Shown piece after piece: positions 39,226 to 52,718 of a stretch of DNA of 64,000 nucleotides; within the stretch, counting starts at the first letter, position 1; every line of letters starts with the position of its first letter. Under the pieces are notes generated by a model that was not told where the DNA came from, made no database searches, and saw only the letters and a list, made by a program, of their open reading frames with translations. Both the position numbers and the translations under genes were made by a program. Source of the stretch: Botryllus schlosseri (lineage: Eukaryota). The DNA is taken from assembly GCA_051294905.1 (NCBI GenBank), contig CM119373.1, positions 1,428,001 through 1,492,000 on the forward strand. The letters run 5' to 3'.

Positions 39226-42200
39226 CTATGCATAGGTATATGCTATGTTCACGCAAAACAGATATGCTTAAAAGTCGGTATTCGACTGCATTAGTTTTAA
39301 AGGTGATCCATCATTAGATGTGCGATGAAATTTAGCATGGTGCATTGCCACAATGTCCTACAACTACGAATCAAGTTTAGAGTTGGGATTCAATGTTAAG
39401 CATGGTAATTCCGTTATTAAAGTTGACTATGTATAGGTACGTGCTATACGCTCCCGCAAAACAGATATACGCAAAAAGTCGATGTAGAGCCGCGTTAGTT
39501 TTAAAGTTGTTCCATCATGAAATGTGTGATGGGATTTGGTATGGTGCATTGGTATAGTGTCCTATAATCGCGTACCAACTTTCAAGGTGGGAATTCAATG
39601 TTTAACACGGTAATTCTGCTATTAAAATTGACTATGCATAGGTATATGCTATGTTCACGCAAAACAGATATGCTTAAAAGTCGGTATTCGACTGCATTAG
39701 TTTTAAAGGTGATCCATCATTAGATGTGCGATGAAATTTAGCATGGTGCATTGCCACAATGTCCTACAACTACGAATCAAGTTTAGAGTTGGGATTCAAT
39801 GTTAAGCATGGTAATTCCGTTATTAAAGTTAACTATGTATAGGTACGTGCTATACGCTCCCGCAAAACAGATGTACGCAAAAAGTCGATGTAGAGCCGCG
39901 TTAGTTTTAAAGTTGTTCCATTATGAAATGCGTGAAGAAATTTGGTATGCTGAATAATCACAATGTCCTACAACTACGTACCAAGTGTCAAGGTGAGGAG
40001 TCACATATTAGCATGGTAATTCTGTTATTAAAGCTGACTATGGATATGTACATGCTACCGAAAACAGATTTAGGCAAAAGTTGCTATAGAACTGCGTTAG
40101 TTTTAAAGTTGTTCCATCATGAAATGTGTGATGAAATTTGGTAGGCTGCATAATCACAATGACCTGGAGCTCATTTAGATACGTTTTTAATGTAGTTACA
40201 CACCCTAGTTATTTTGATGTAAAGAAAAAAATCATTCGATAACTCGATACAACTAGTTAACACGCGTTGATGTAACTTTCCTCATTTGTATGCATAGCCT
40301 ACGCGAAATTGGTAACCGAATTTTTCGATTAGTTTATATTCCGTATTTTATTTAAAACTGAAACTGTTAAGTACTACTTAAAGTGTTATAAAGTGTGAAA
40401 AAGTGTACAAGTAGAATTATTATTATGTCATGAATAAGTAGTTTACAAATTCATACGATTTTTCTTGTTGCGTTCCGGGATAAAATGTAATTTTTCGCTC
40501 TTTTTATTTTTTATTTTTTCAATAATATTAGTATTCATTTTCCAAAAAACGTCGTGTAAAGATAAAGTACTTGAACATTTCGTAGTGCTCAAGTGTAAGT
40601 TTTTAAACTATTACCTTGACAAAATTTTCAGAATAGCAACTTTTGCGTAAATTCTGTCTTGCATTTAGTTGCCGGCTCTGAAAGCAAGCAAAGTTTGTGG
40701 TATTTGCGCAACATAGAAATTTGTACATTTCACGCTTATCTTATATCGAAAACATAAGTTAGTTAAAGTATTTCGAATCATGGGTATGAATGATTTTAAA
40801 AAACCCAAATATGTCGCATCCAAACTTCGTGAATATTTTCGATTAGTTTTTTCTACTTTAAAGGATTCAATGTAGAAGTTTCGAAACTTGCATGAATTAC
40901 AAGCTACATAATTCAATTAGTTAACACGCGTTGATGTAACTTTCCTCATTTGTATGCATAGCCTATGCGAAATTGGTTACCGAATTTTTCGATTAGTTTA
41001 TATTCCGAATTTTATTTAAGTACTACTAAAATTGCTGCAAAATATGAAAAAGTACACAAGTAGAATTATTACTATGTCATGAATAAGTAGTTTACAAATT
41101 CATACGATTTATCTTGTTGCGCTCCGCGATAAAATTGTAGTACTAAAATACAAACTCGGACTAAATCATGAATGCGTAGGACCTACCTTAAACATATATT
41201 GTGCACAAACAACTTTTTACAAGAACTATAAAATTCCACTCCAGGCGCTGCGGCTGAGCTCAAGCGAACAAGTATTTCGGACTTCAGGAGTCAAATTGTC
41301 TTTCTTATCGTAAATTAACATAGGGAGAATTATTCAAGAAATTTTGTAGAGTACCGTAGGCATCGATACATTGAGTGAAATGGGCTTCCTTGTCTTAAAT
41401 TAAAACGGGCAGAATAAATCGAAACAATTAGCAGAGTCCCGTAGGCTTCAAGACATAGCTCAGGCTGAGATCATAGTCTAATAACGAGGGCCTCGAGTGG
41501 GAAGTTATAGGAAGCAAGAATCGTTGTAAAAGTGTTGAAACTTAATTGCATCTGTAATTCCGCCATTAAAGTTGACTACGCATAGGTATGTGCTACGCTC
41601 CCGCAAAACAGATTCACGCAAATGTCGGTATAGAACTACGTTGGTTTTAAAGTTGTTTAATCATGAAATGCGTAACAAAATTTGACATGGTACATTGCCA
41701 TAATGTCTTAAATGCAATTATACTGCCAGATAGTTATAGCGAGAGGGTTTCGATGGTGACGTACTTGTATAATGCACATTTTGGAGAGATTAAGTAAAGG
41801 AATGATCTCAGATAAATCCATTAAATTAAGGTATAGGAAGTAGCTATTTACGAATAAAAGTTAGTATTCTAGGTCTATATTTCTGTTTAATACTGAAAAT
41901 GTCATGAAGTTGAAGCAATTTGAAATCATAAACACTTTAGTATTAGGTACATATACGCGAAAAGCTACTTTAGTATTATGATGGAGTGCAAATACTTGTT
42001 TACTTATCAACTTTGAAGGCTTGCGCAGTTTGTGGTGTGATACGCAAAATTAGTGTGTTCAAATCAGACCTGCCGTAAACATAGTGATGTCGCATTAGTC
42101 CTAAATACACATGATAGAATATCAAGGAAAAGTATCATCTAACGTATAATGAATGTGATTTATTTCTCGGAAGCAAGTCATTATCAAAACATAGTGATCA

Positions 42201-43354
42201 AAATTATCGCAGAGCAATACCGATTTTGCGTAAATTCCGTTATGCGTCTTACTACGTTACTGGGGATTATGTAGTTAGTTACGAAATTAGGTGTGCTATC
42301 TTCCCAATCGGTATGGAACAACATCAAAATCATCACAAAGCAATATCGACTTTTGCTTCGTAACTGCGAGTTAGGAATCGTTAACTTTATATTTTGTGAA
42401 GTAGAGAGTAGTTTAAGGGTATGTTAGTATAACCTTGACGAGTGCTATTGTCACACTCGATCATCATCTTTAAATCAGGGTTATCTCAATGATGTTGACT
42501 AAATTTACGGCTTCAGAACGCGCTAATTAGATCTAATCGTTATAACGCCGGGGTTCACGTACAGGCATCGGAAGTGTTTCTATAATTAAAGTCCCGCGAA
42601 TCGCACGCCTGCGGCTATAGTTCGTTCGATTATTTTCGCTTGGGATTCGCGTATATGCTACTGAGCTGTTACGACTTTAGAAAATTATTGTTCGATTATT
42701 TTCGCCTTGGGATTCGCGTATATGCTACTTAGCTGTTACGGCTTTAGAAAATTCTACAAGACTATTCGGAACGCGCACATGCAAGTGACTTGTTTTCGTA
42801 GCTCCGAACTGGAGAATCGCTTGCCTGCGTCCAATGAAAATAAGTCGTAAAATGTTGAGGCTGCAGAGACCGTAACTTGTATACATAAAATCAAGTTTAA
42901 AAATATGGACGGATGAGTTATCTCTGGCCAATAGAGTAATATAACCGCCTATAGTTTGGTGGGGTATTGCTATAATGTATATCCAAACAATCGTTGCAGA
43001 CTCTGAATGTTACCAAGGTCCTTAACACAAAAAAAAAATCATACATCAGAAGCGTAGGGATTGATATTATCAAGTCGCAGCGCTCAAAATCGCAAAGGTA
43101 TTCAATACATATTGCTAAATACACATGGAAAATCGGTATTGAAATTCACAAAGCATTGCAGTCGCCTAATTCCTCTGTGATGACATCATAAACCAGGCAT
43201 AGTCCGACGCAAATTATATTATGAGAGTGTTTACATTCTAAATAAATGGGCGGATGATGTGGCAATGTAGGCGTGGCAATTAAGGCGACGTGGCCTTCTG
43301 TGATTGGACGGTAACAAACGAATCCCATCCGACTACTCAATTATTCTTTCACAG

Positions 43355-43522
43355 CCGCCGAGTCTGACCATAACCGATGCCAAAATGTCAGCCGACGCTT
43401 ACCGCGAAATCGCATTTACACTCAAGTCTATGGGATGCAAAAATATAATCTTTCAACAATGTGATTTGACAAGATCGAAGCTCTCTGAATTCTACACTGG
43501 GTGTAAAGATAGCAATATATCA
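43355..43522 (+). CDS. NLR-like gene exon D, LRR pair (PPSLTITDAKMSADAYREIAFTLKSMGCKNIIFQQCDLTRSKLSEFYTGCKDSNIS)
   Basis: Acceptor ttctttcacag|CCG, donor TCA|gtaagt; 168 bp, phase 0/0; aligns by eye with exons C, E and F. Confidence 0.9.
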
Positions 43523-44664
43523 GTAAGTTTATTTACTCAAGCAACGATGGACAGATTTTGGATCAGGGATGCTCATTAGGGTGATCGCCAATTCATTCCC
43601 GGCTGATCGTAATACAATTTCGATGGAAATTGTGTTGTTGTGCGGACTGATCTGGTAAATCATACATGTGATAATTAAAGATTTGTGTGTGCGACTCTAG
43701 CACGTAACTCGAGCTAGAGCTTATTACGATAGGAATCACCGAAGTTGGACAATATTTCAGGAGCATCTCTCTCATTTGCGGCTTTTCCACTGTTTAGGTC
43801 AATGCATCAAAGTAGTGTAACTTGCTACGTAAATGACTTTCTAATCAATATCAACTTACAAAGTCGTAATAACAGATAATATGTCAGGTTCAAATTGAGA
43901 TATTTTGGCTAAAATAATGCTTGAGACAAACAAAATACGGTATTTCATCCTGAAGAATCGAGGGTTTATTTTCGATTTCCAAAAGTGATTAATTCTGGAT
44001 CCTAAGCCCAGCTTGTGCGGCATTGAAGCTCCATCACTGTGATCAAAACGGTCCGGTATGAAAATCGCAATCATAATATCTTCGTATATTGCGCTTTGAA
44101 TGTGCTGCTACTTGGATGAGGAAACGGAGCAATGCTGTATCCTGTAAATACGCTAAGTATTCGATGCTCATTAGTCACCCACCTGCGTCACTCAACGTAC
44201 GATGAATCACGTTACTGTGGGGTAGACACCATTACGTGTATGTGATGTACAAATGCATACCGTGTTGGGAGTTGGGAATGGAGACTGCGCTGGAACTGGT
44301 CGCTCTTATAACTTATTCCACAGCGTTTCGATATTTTATATTTACACAAGATATCTCTAGTTAGAGACGAACTAATAACAACAGGGTAACAACCCCGGCA
44401 CGCGCTCAGTGTTACTGGTTTTAGGAGAACTTTGTCCCTTTGCTGACGCGAAAGCTTCGCTAGAAATATCTGTACCAATGAGTGCGCCTGTACTGAGGAG
44501 GTCTTTGAAAACTTGGTTCAAGGACATATGTCGCTCCGTATCAAACTCTGGAAACGGAACATTAACCCAAACGCGATTGTTCTCACTCTTAACACGTACC
44601 CGTGTTACAAGCTAACGAACCAATTAACACACAGTAGTAGTGTAATTAAGGGGCGGTGATGTGC

Positions 44665-44950
44665 TAATATAATAAATAAACAAAGAATTTGTGATTCGTA
44701 ATATATAATAAACAATTAAACACTTCCGGAGTCGTAAATGTTGCATTTTGGAGTCACAAACACTGCATTTTGACATGCTAAAAGCGGTCGATATCGTTTC
44801 GCAAAATATAAAAGATAAACAAAGATTTCGTGATTCGTAAAATATAATAAACAATTAAACACTTCCTGAATTGGAAATGCTGCATTTTGGAGTCACAAAC
44901 ACTGCATTTTGACGGGTGTGACACGCCGATATCGTTTCGTAAAATATAAT
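44665..44950 (+). repeat. ~139-bp tandem duplication, subterminal in element 3
   Basis: aacaattaaacacttcc at 44711 and 44850. Confidence 0.85.
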
Positions 44951-45493
44951 AAGTAAGCCGACACAGGAAATTCACTAAAGCGCGCTTCGTGCAGGCTGAT
45001 TTTGAAAAACAGATGTTTGCGGTTGCGTTTTGACATGTGTGACCCACTAAATACGTCCGTTTCAGAAATTCGGAAACGCGGCCCGTTGTGCAAGAGGATT
45101 TCGAGCGCGCGCGACCTATATTTCGAATGACCTGCGCACTGAATTGTTTCCTGTCCAGCTGCATGTCTTGCGCTACAGTATACTGAACTATCGTATCGAT
45201 TATTACGACCTGAGCCAGAAACAATCGCTCAGCGCCAAACTGACTCACTGTGTTAAGTATATCACAAATCACAGATGTATACATTTAATGTGTTTATTAG
45301 TCACCCGCAATCAAGCTCTTTACAAATGCACGGCTACAGTATACTGGACTATCGTTTCGATTATTACGAACTGAGCCAGAATCAATCGCTCAGCGTCAAA
45401 CTGACTCTGTATAACAATATTACGCATGTGCGGTATTTCAGAATGGAATGATGTCATTATCAGTAAATATTTCACAAACTTAATCGTTTACAC

Positions 45494-47503
45494 CAGTGAT
45501 TCCCAACCGCGGCCCTCAGCAAGCCTTTTTGCGGCCCCCACAAAAATATTGAGAAATCTATTTAAGAAAAAAAAAATATATTTATAAAATAATCTTGCTT
45601 GGCTTGAAGTCAGGAGTTTTCAGTTAGGATTGCAGGAAAGTTGTGAGTAGACTGCTAAGATTACGTCACTGCTGTTTCAATGCAATGTGCCCTAACTTTC
45701 CAGTTGAACGAGCAGTATCTATAGATATAGGTATTGACACGACCGTAACTGCCGCACCCCAAGCCCCCAATTAGGGGGGAGCGAGCTCGGAGGGGGCCCA
45801 AAATTATTTAGTGAATTAGCATAAATTATAGAGTATTTTATGAAATTTTATGCAACTTTTTCAAATTATTTTCGCGCCGCGCGCGATTTCAAGTTTCCAA
45901 GTACCTTAATTATTGGGTACTCCTCCAACAAGATAAAATACGCAAGATCTATAGAAGTGCGCATATCGGCATTGGCCATTACCGCGCCACGACGCACGAA
46001 GACATATAAAGTTTTAGCCCATGTAACATGCGACTCCAAGAAGTGTGCCAGAACGATCAGCAGCGAGAAAACCCTGACCGAAAAGGACTGCCCTTACGCT
46101 GTCGGAAAACTTCGTTATGTATATACAAAATACATATAGGTATAATTGACCATAGGCGCCTAAATGACTGGCGCCGAATGTTCCTGTCTTGGCAATCTGA
46201 ACCTCACGAGACAAATAGGCTACCACCCCACAGGGAAGAATTATATGCCAGTGAAGAACTACCAATTTGAAATCGTGTGCATCTTTTAGTTTAGTACGTT
46301 TGGGCGATTCTATATTTTTTGATATAGCAGACTGGAGGTCACGAAATAACATCATGTAACGAAGTCTTAGCAACGGGCTCCGCCCATCCGAATATCTTTA
46401 ATTATTATTTACGGGCCCTACAATTTCCAAGACACCTCACTCAGCTCAACCGATAAATCTGATAACGTGAGCAGAGAGGACACGTAATTGATAGCAATAT
46501 ATATGCAATTCCCGATCTTATTGGCCTATTTTATTTTGAATTATCGAACATTTTCGTGCTTCACTCTGGCTCACTAAACGGTGATCCTGATTTCGTGGCA
46601 GAAGCGAACAACGGGACGGGGGTTTGGTTTATCGCCCTATGGGAGCTCAAGACCTAATAAGTGTTTGGGGGGCCTGACGAAATGCTGTTTCGTTCCTGCC
46701 AACGGGTATACGCCCGAAGATGTTTAATTAATATTGAGTGGTCCTACCTTTTCGAACACAACTCACTCGGCTCAACCGGTCAATATGATTACGTGAGCAG
46801 AGAGAGGATAAAAATTGATACCAATATATATGCAATTGCCGATTATATTGACCGATTCAAACATGAATTATATAAATTTTTCGAGCTTCGCGCAATTAGT
46901 CGAGAGTAGCTGCCTAAAACGGACATCCGATTTAGATGATAAATAGCGGTAAACAGCCGTCTATAGCCTGAGGGGAGTCTTGGGGGCTTCGAAGTTCGGT
47001 TTTTCACCCTTATGGGGGCCCAAGAGCGAAGTTTTTTTAGGGGGGCTGACGAAGTGCTGTCACGGCTCTGGGTATTGATAACTAATTTACAGATAGATGT
47101 GCAACAAGTGACTCACGATTGAAAACGCCGAGATGCGTACTGCTTAGCCGGCAAAAAGCAACATAATTGGTAGTCCTATAGCTCGCGACCGAAGGGTCCG
47201 AATAATTTGATATGTCGGTGTTTATCGAAAGCAAGTGTCGCACTGATTCCAATAATACGAATTGAAATCTCGCCAGGGCAATAAAACTACTCTGAAATAG
47301 CCACCAAATGTTGATTGTTATGAACAACGGGAGCGTGGCAACACAATGGCCAATGGCGTCAAGCGAATGATCGGAACAATGCCAATTTTCATATTTTGGT
47401 GACTATTTTGGGCTCCTTTCACTGCCCTGGTATTCGTGCGGCCCCGACCGTACTCAGAAATTCTAAATTTGGCCCTGCCACCGAAAAAGGTTGGGAACCA
47501 CTG
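45494..47503. mobile_element. hAT (Charlie-like) non-autonomous element
   Basis: TIRs cagtgattcccaacc / ggttgggaaccactg; TSD gtttacac. Confidence 0.9.
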
Positions 47504-48000
47504 GTTTACACGATTCAAAGCTAAAGTTGAAACAGCAATATCAAGGTTTGAAACCTTGCAACTCGATCAGTGATTTTTTTATTTAACTGTAAAATAAGTT
47601 TATATTCTGTAAGACACAGAAATTATTGCTCGGCCAATGTGAATTTGAGATTACCAAATTGTATATTGAGTTTACGAGATTTGAATTTTTGACTAGTGAT
47701 AGATTGAAAAATATCTCACAAGAGAATCCATGTGTTATAATGCAGGATATCGTGATACAAACAAATTCAATACGGAATACCTATTAACCAATTGGTCCGC
47801 AACCCGAGATTCGAGTGTTCGATCAGCGCTCGATAAAAATTATTTTCATGTATACCACCTCTTGCGTTGTGGTGAAGGGCGTTATGATATGAGCAAACTT
47901 TTAATAAACACCATTATCACCACCCCGATTGGGAAAAAACTTGTCTCGTATGTATGAAAAGTGCTTGACTGGGAATTTATCTATTTCTCACAATCCCGCC

Positions 48001-48114
48001 ACTGTTTTTGAGGACTGGTGTTATATGATTATTAAATAATATTTCACAAACTCAAGTCACTGTTTTTGAGGACTGGTATTATATGATTATTAAATAATAT
48101 TTCACAAACTCAAG
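48001..48114 (+). repeat. 58-bp tandem duplication
   Basis: actgtttttgaggactgg at 48001 and 48059. Confidence 0.9.
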
Positions 48115-48622
48115 CCTCATCGTAAGACTTGAGAGAAATCACGTATTCGCTTGACGATAACACGCATGCGACAAAAAACATCACCGCGATTTTGTAAACT
48201 GATCATACTAATCAAGATATTTACCATCGCGGGAACTGAGAATTAAATTACCACAAGTGAATCCGAATATTACACCGTAAAATATTTTGAATGTCGGCAA
48301 CTCTTTACGACATAGTTATTACCACATTAACTAAATTAACAGCTACCCCGTCATGTTCATTCTCGAAATCAACGCAAACATGATCACTGACTTGAGTTAA
48401 CCACAAAACAGCATCAAATTTTAAATTCTGCTTGTAGCTGTCGGATTATTCGCATTCGTCGATAGAGAATATTACTGAACTCGTAGGTATGCTATTTCAA
48501 CGAACTTTCGTTTTATTCCAACCGCGAAAAATAACGTCTAATCGTAAGACTTGAATCAAATCACACATTCGTTTGATGATAACACACATACACCCAAACA
48601 TTATCGTGATTTTGTAAACTGG

Positions 48623-48932
48623 TCATACTAATCAATGCATTTGTCAATATTAAAATACAAGTCGTCAGACCATTTTGTTTAAAGTATCATTTTGTAAGCT
48701 TATCATGCTAATCAACGCATTTGTCAATATTAAAATATAATTCATCACACCATTTTGTTTAAAGTATCATTTTGTAAGCTTATCATGCTAATCAATGCAT
48801 TTGTCAATATTAAAATACAAGTCGTCAGACCATTTTGTTTAAAGTATCATTTTGTAAGCTTATCATGCTAATCAACGCATTTGTCAATATTAAAATATAA
48901 GTCATCAGACCCTTTTGTTTAAAGTATCATTT
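48623..48932 (+). repeat. 80-bp tandem repeat, about 4 copies
   Basis: ttgtcaatattaaaat at 48641, 48721, 48801 and 48881. Confidence 0.92.
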
Positions 48933-49870
48933 CAAATTGTAGAAATAGATTTGTTGTTGTCTATGTCATTCATACAAAATTACATTTCTGCGAGACCGAG
49001 GCAAAGTATTTTTTTTTATTTGGACAAAACAAATCATTCATCTTCGACGTGTGGTCTTAAATCACATTCGACAATTCATCACGAATGCGTTGTAACGAAG
49101 TTACGAAACAGTTGCACAGCAAAATTTTTGAAAACATTGTTATTACCATCTCTATTTGTGAATCTATCTAACACAATTGCGAGTCGATGTTTCCAAGTAC
49201 ACGGCCGCGTATTAAAATAGCTAGAATTTTCAATGTAAAATTACGTGTGTGTTCGAATTTCATAATGAAATATTCTTGATTGGGAATTAATCCATTACTC
49301 ACCTCTGTATGTATTACAGAATGCTATAATGTGCTTGCTAAGATTTTACAAATCGGTCAGTTGTAATCGCCATGATCAAATGTAAAGCAACAATATGGTT
49401 AATGTTGAATTTACAGACCAACACAAAACATATTTTAATAATTTTCGTTGGCAAGTCGTTATTGATACATTTAACAATCGGTTCAATATTTTATTATTAG
49501 AGTGTGTGGCGAGAATTAAAACACTTACGCACATTTCTGGGTTTCAAGATATCACACTATGTGAATTGACATACCGCTCTAAATGTAAAATATCGCGAGG
49601 TTACACTCTAAGACAGTGGTTTCCAACCTTTTTCCACCCACGTACCATTTCCAGGTTTTATGCAGTGCTCGCGTACCACCTACATCCACCATTTATGACG
49701 TCACAATCACGTATTTGACCTATGCGAGGTGTTATAAGAAATTCTATTAAACTAGGCATTATCAGCCAGGGTTGATGTTGAGATGCATGGAATTGTTTTT
49801 TCACCACCAGTCACAAGAAGAACAACAACTTAATGAAATAAAAACAAGCAACATAAGCTCATTATTAATG

Positions 49871-50572
49871 CAGGGGTGGCCAACCTTTTTGCTATTCACA
49901 GCCGCATTTTGAGTAGTCATGTAGCCCACGGCCGCATTCCAGGACATAGTTCGTAATGAACAAACTAGATGACAAATACCCATTTTAAACTGTACATGTC
50001 CATTTTCGGTGAGCTCCAGACTAACCTGTTTATTCATATCGGCGTACGTACCGAAATCACGAGTGGTCATGTTATGAATGATATCTCCGGTATAAAGTTG
50101 ATGGACGGCGTGTTTTCGAAAATTTAGGGCATCAGTTATAAATGATGATGTATCTTCGGGTGGACCAAATGTAATAAGTCACTTTGTTGAATACTGCTAT
50201 TTCCTGACCTCCCATCAGGATTGGGGGAGGGGTATATTGGAAAGATATTGAAATCGCCCAAACGCAACATAGAAATAAATTTCTTTCGTGAGAAGGACAC
50301 GATTCCAAGTTGGTATTTTTATCTGGGGCGCATCAGTTTTCGTTGCTGTTCACATCTGTACTGTGGTGCTCAGGTTGCAAAGGGCGCTACTACATTAATA
50401 TCGAAAAAAATGAAGTAGAAGAAAATTTCAAGGTTAATCAAAATCTCCTAAAAATTTGGGAGTAAATTCGTGAATTCAATTCTCATGTCGACGGCCGCCA
50501 ACACATACAAATTGAAATACGTGTCCACGGCCGCACAAATTTCCTTCTACTGCCGCAGGTTGGCCACCCCTG
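49871..50572. mobile_element. hAT MITE (nested)
   Basis: TIRs caggggtggccaacct / aggttggccacccctg; TSD not preserved. Confidence 0.75.
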
Positions 50573-51829
50573 GTCTATTTTTCGACATGCCGGTACGAGA
50601 GAAGGGTGCCGTAATTGAAACCACGATATATTACATATTAATCGTGCTAGGTCGTTGTTGTTCATTTCTGTGAATAGATATTGTTCGTACAAGTTCATTG
50701 ATACCTTGTTATTTGATATTTATTATATCGAAGACGTCAAAATCGTATATCAAACACCGTAGATAATTATGTTGCAAAATGCACTGTGTCGGCAATTCGC
50801 GCGTCATTGACCACAATCAGATAACGTTCTGTATGTTTCGTTCTAGCCGCCTTCGGGCATAGTTGTTTCATTATGTCAATAGCTAGTGTCCATACAAGTC
50901 CACACATATCTTCATATCTGATATTAGTTACATCTAAGCTGATCAAAAGCTATGTGATAGGCCGCGTGACAAAAATATCCGCCGAAGCATCATTTCGCAG
51001 ACACGCGCGTTCCTCATACCCGCCATATACACTGTCGTTTAGTTGGTTTTATTCGTCATAACCAGCTGTAGTTTGTTGCTATGAATAGCGATTGTCAGTT
51101 TCTGTTTATATTGTGCTAAAGCAACTATACTAGTTAGTTCTATACCGCTCAAGGTTTCATTTGAAAACCGGGAAGCGAATTCCGTCAGACTACCATACCA
51201 GCCTCAAGCACACGGCTGAATACCCGTCACATAACGTGAAATATATCGTGTTCTAATAGGCATACACCTTCATAGATTGTGTCTGTGAATTGTTGTTGTC
51301 TATATGATTCTAAATAACGGCAAATGGTAAAGTATAATTCGGAATACATACAATATTACTCAGCGATTATACCTACGCAAAAGCGTGCGTCTGGGTATAC
51401 AAAGAGCTGTCGTACATCGATATATATCTTACGTTGTAGTAATGATAAGCATTTGCAGTAAATCATTATGGTAAGGACTGTAAATATCCGTCTACGAACA
51501 CTAAAATGACTAATATAGGGTCACAACAGTTAGAGTTATGCAGGGTTGCCATCGACATGGACCAAAAAATAAGGACAGTCGAAAAATTAAATTAGCATAA
51601 AAAGGCGTTTTTGTACATACTTTGTATTTATACAAGCCGTGGGATATCACATTCCATACCTTTCACCAGAAACAATCTGCTCCAGCCACTCCCCGTAATT
51701 AGAAAGTGCTTCATGGATCTCGCGACATCTCAGTTCTAGGTTTACCTTTATTGATGGCCAAAACAGCACTTTGTCAGCCCCCCCTAAAAAAACTTTGGTC
51801 TTGCCCCCCTGGCGTGATAAACCAAACTT

Positions 51830-52330
51830 CTTCATCTCGTTAGAGGCGTCAACCAAGATGGAAAAACGCCGTACACCAAGTTGAGACAAAATCATTTTTG
51901 AGCGTATGGAGCAAAAACTCCAGTAACAATGCTTGTAGTCTTGGTCCTGGCCGAAGAAAACTTATTTGCAATGTTGGAATCGGGGAATTGTGCTTTGAAC
52001 AATTGCGATGTGCAATCGTTGGTGAGGAATGATCGCTGGTGTTTGGCAATATGGCATGCCCAGGTACCCTTTGCAGCAGCTGCCTTGTAGTCTGAGGTTG
52101 TTGGTGCTGATCGACTTGAGGAAAAATTATTCATCGACTGCATAGCTCAAATTAATCATCATGACACACTTATTGTGTTTTGGGGTATCAATGTAAGTTG
52201 AAGTCGCGGTCTTTCCTATGGCCTCCAGGTTAATGTCTGAACTGTAGATATTGCTATGTGCGAAACACTCGCCCTTCGTTAGATACCTTTGAATTCTCTC
52301 TCATAATCGTCACGAAAAACGTTTTTACGC
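51830..52330 (-). pseudogene. Frameshifted hAT-type transposase N-terminal fragment
   Basis: HQRSFLTNDCTSQLFKAQFPDSNIANKFSSARTKTTSIV..AP followed, in another frame, by FSILVDASN (first catalytic Asp motif). Confidence 0.75.
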
Positions 52331-52718
52331 CTGTTTATTTCAACTATTCAGATTTAGCCTTATTTGTAGCTAAAACTATATGCGCAAGTGCAATATAATT
52401 TAGATAAATTTATCAATGATTTATAGCTTTACTACTTTTTAACCAATGTGTCGACTGCACCGCGCCTTTTTTCACTACGCAATAAATGCGGCTTTCCCCA
52501 CAGCTTGAGCTTATTCTGCTGTAGACCAAACAGCAGTAACTTGACATTGATGTTTACTGTTAAAATGGCGTCCGCTGAGGTAGCTTGGTACAGCCGAAAG
52601 AGCTGTACCACCACCCACTGCCCTAGCCATCTCACCTCTTAGAAGTCAAATCTTGTGGTGTGCGTGGCGAGATAGCGCAGTGGTGTAATCCGCGACTGCA
52701 ACACCAATGGGTGCGGGT

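Larger units (their letters stand above)
24208..43337. mobile_element. Giant palindromic non-autonomous Polinton/Maverick-like element 2 (left arm 24208-31784, spacer 31785-31827, right arm 31828-43337 with later insertions)
   Basis: Termini AGTAGTAGGATGGGATT / AATCCCATCCGACTACT; 6-bp TSD CAATTA at 24202-24207 and 43338-43343; mirrored ORF track; no long ORF. Confidence 0.88.

Noticed and set aside
9317..43337. Palindromes as assembly or MDA fold-back artefacts
   Set aside because: Each has a perfect 6-bp TSD and element-type termini, the arms differ by substitutions, and one arm carries private TSD-flanked insertions. Read-level confirmation is still advisable.
9317..43337. Autonomous Polinton genes (pPolB, integrase, ATPase, capsid)
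   Set aside because: No long ORFs or recognisable motifs; the many 60-100 aa ORFs are mirror-duplicated noise.
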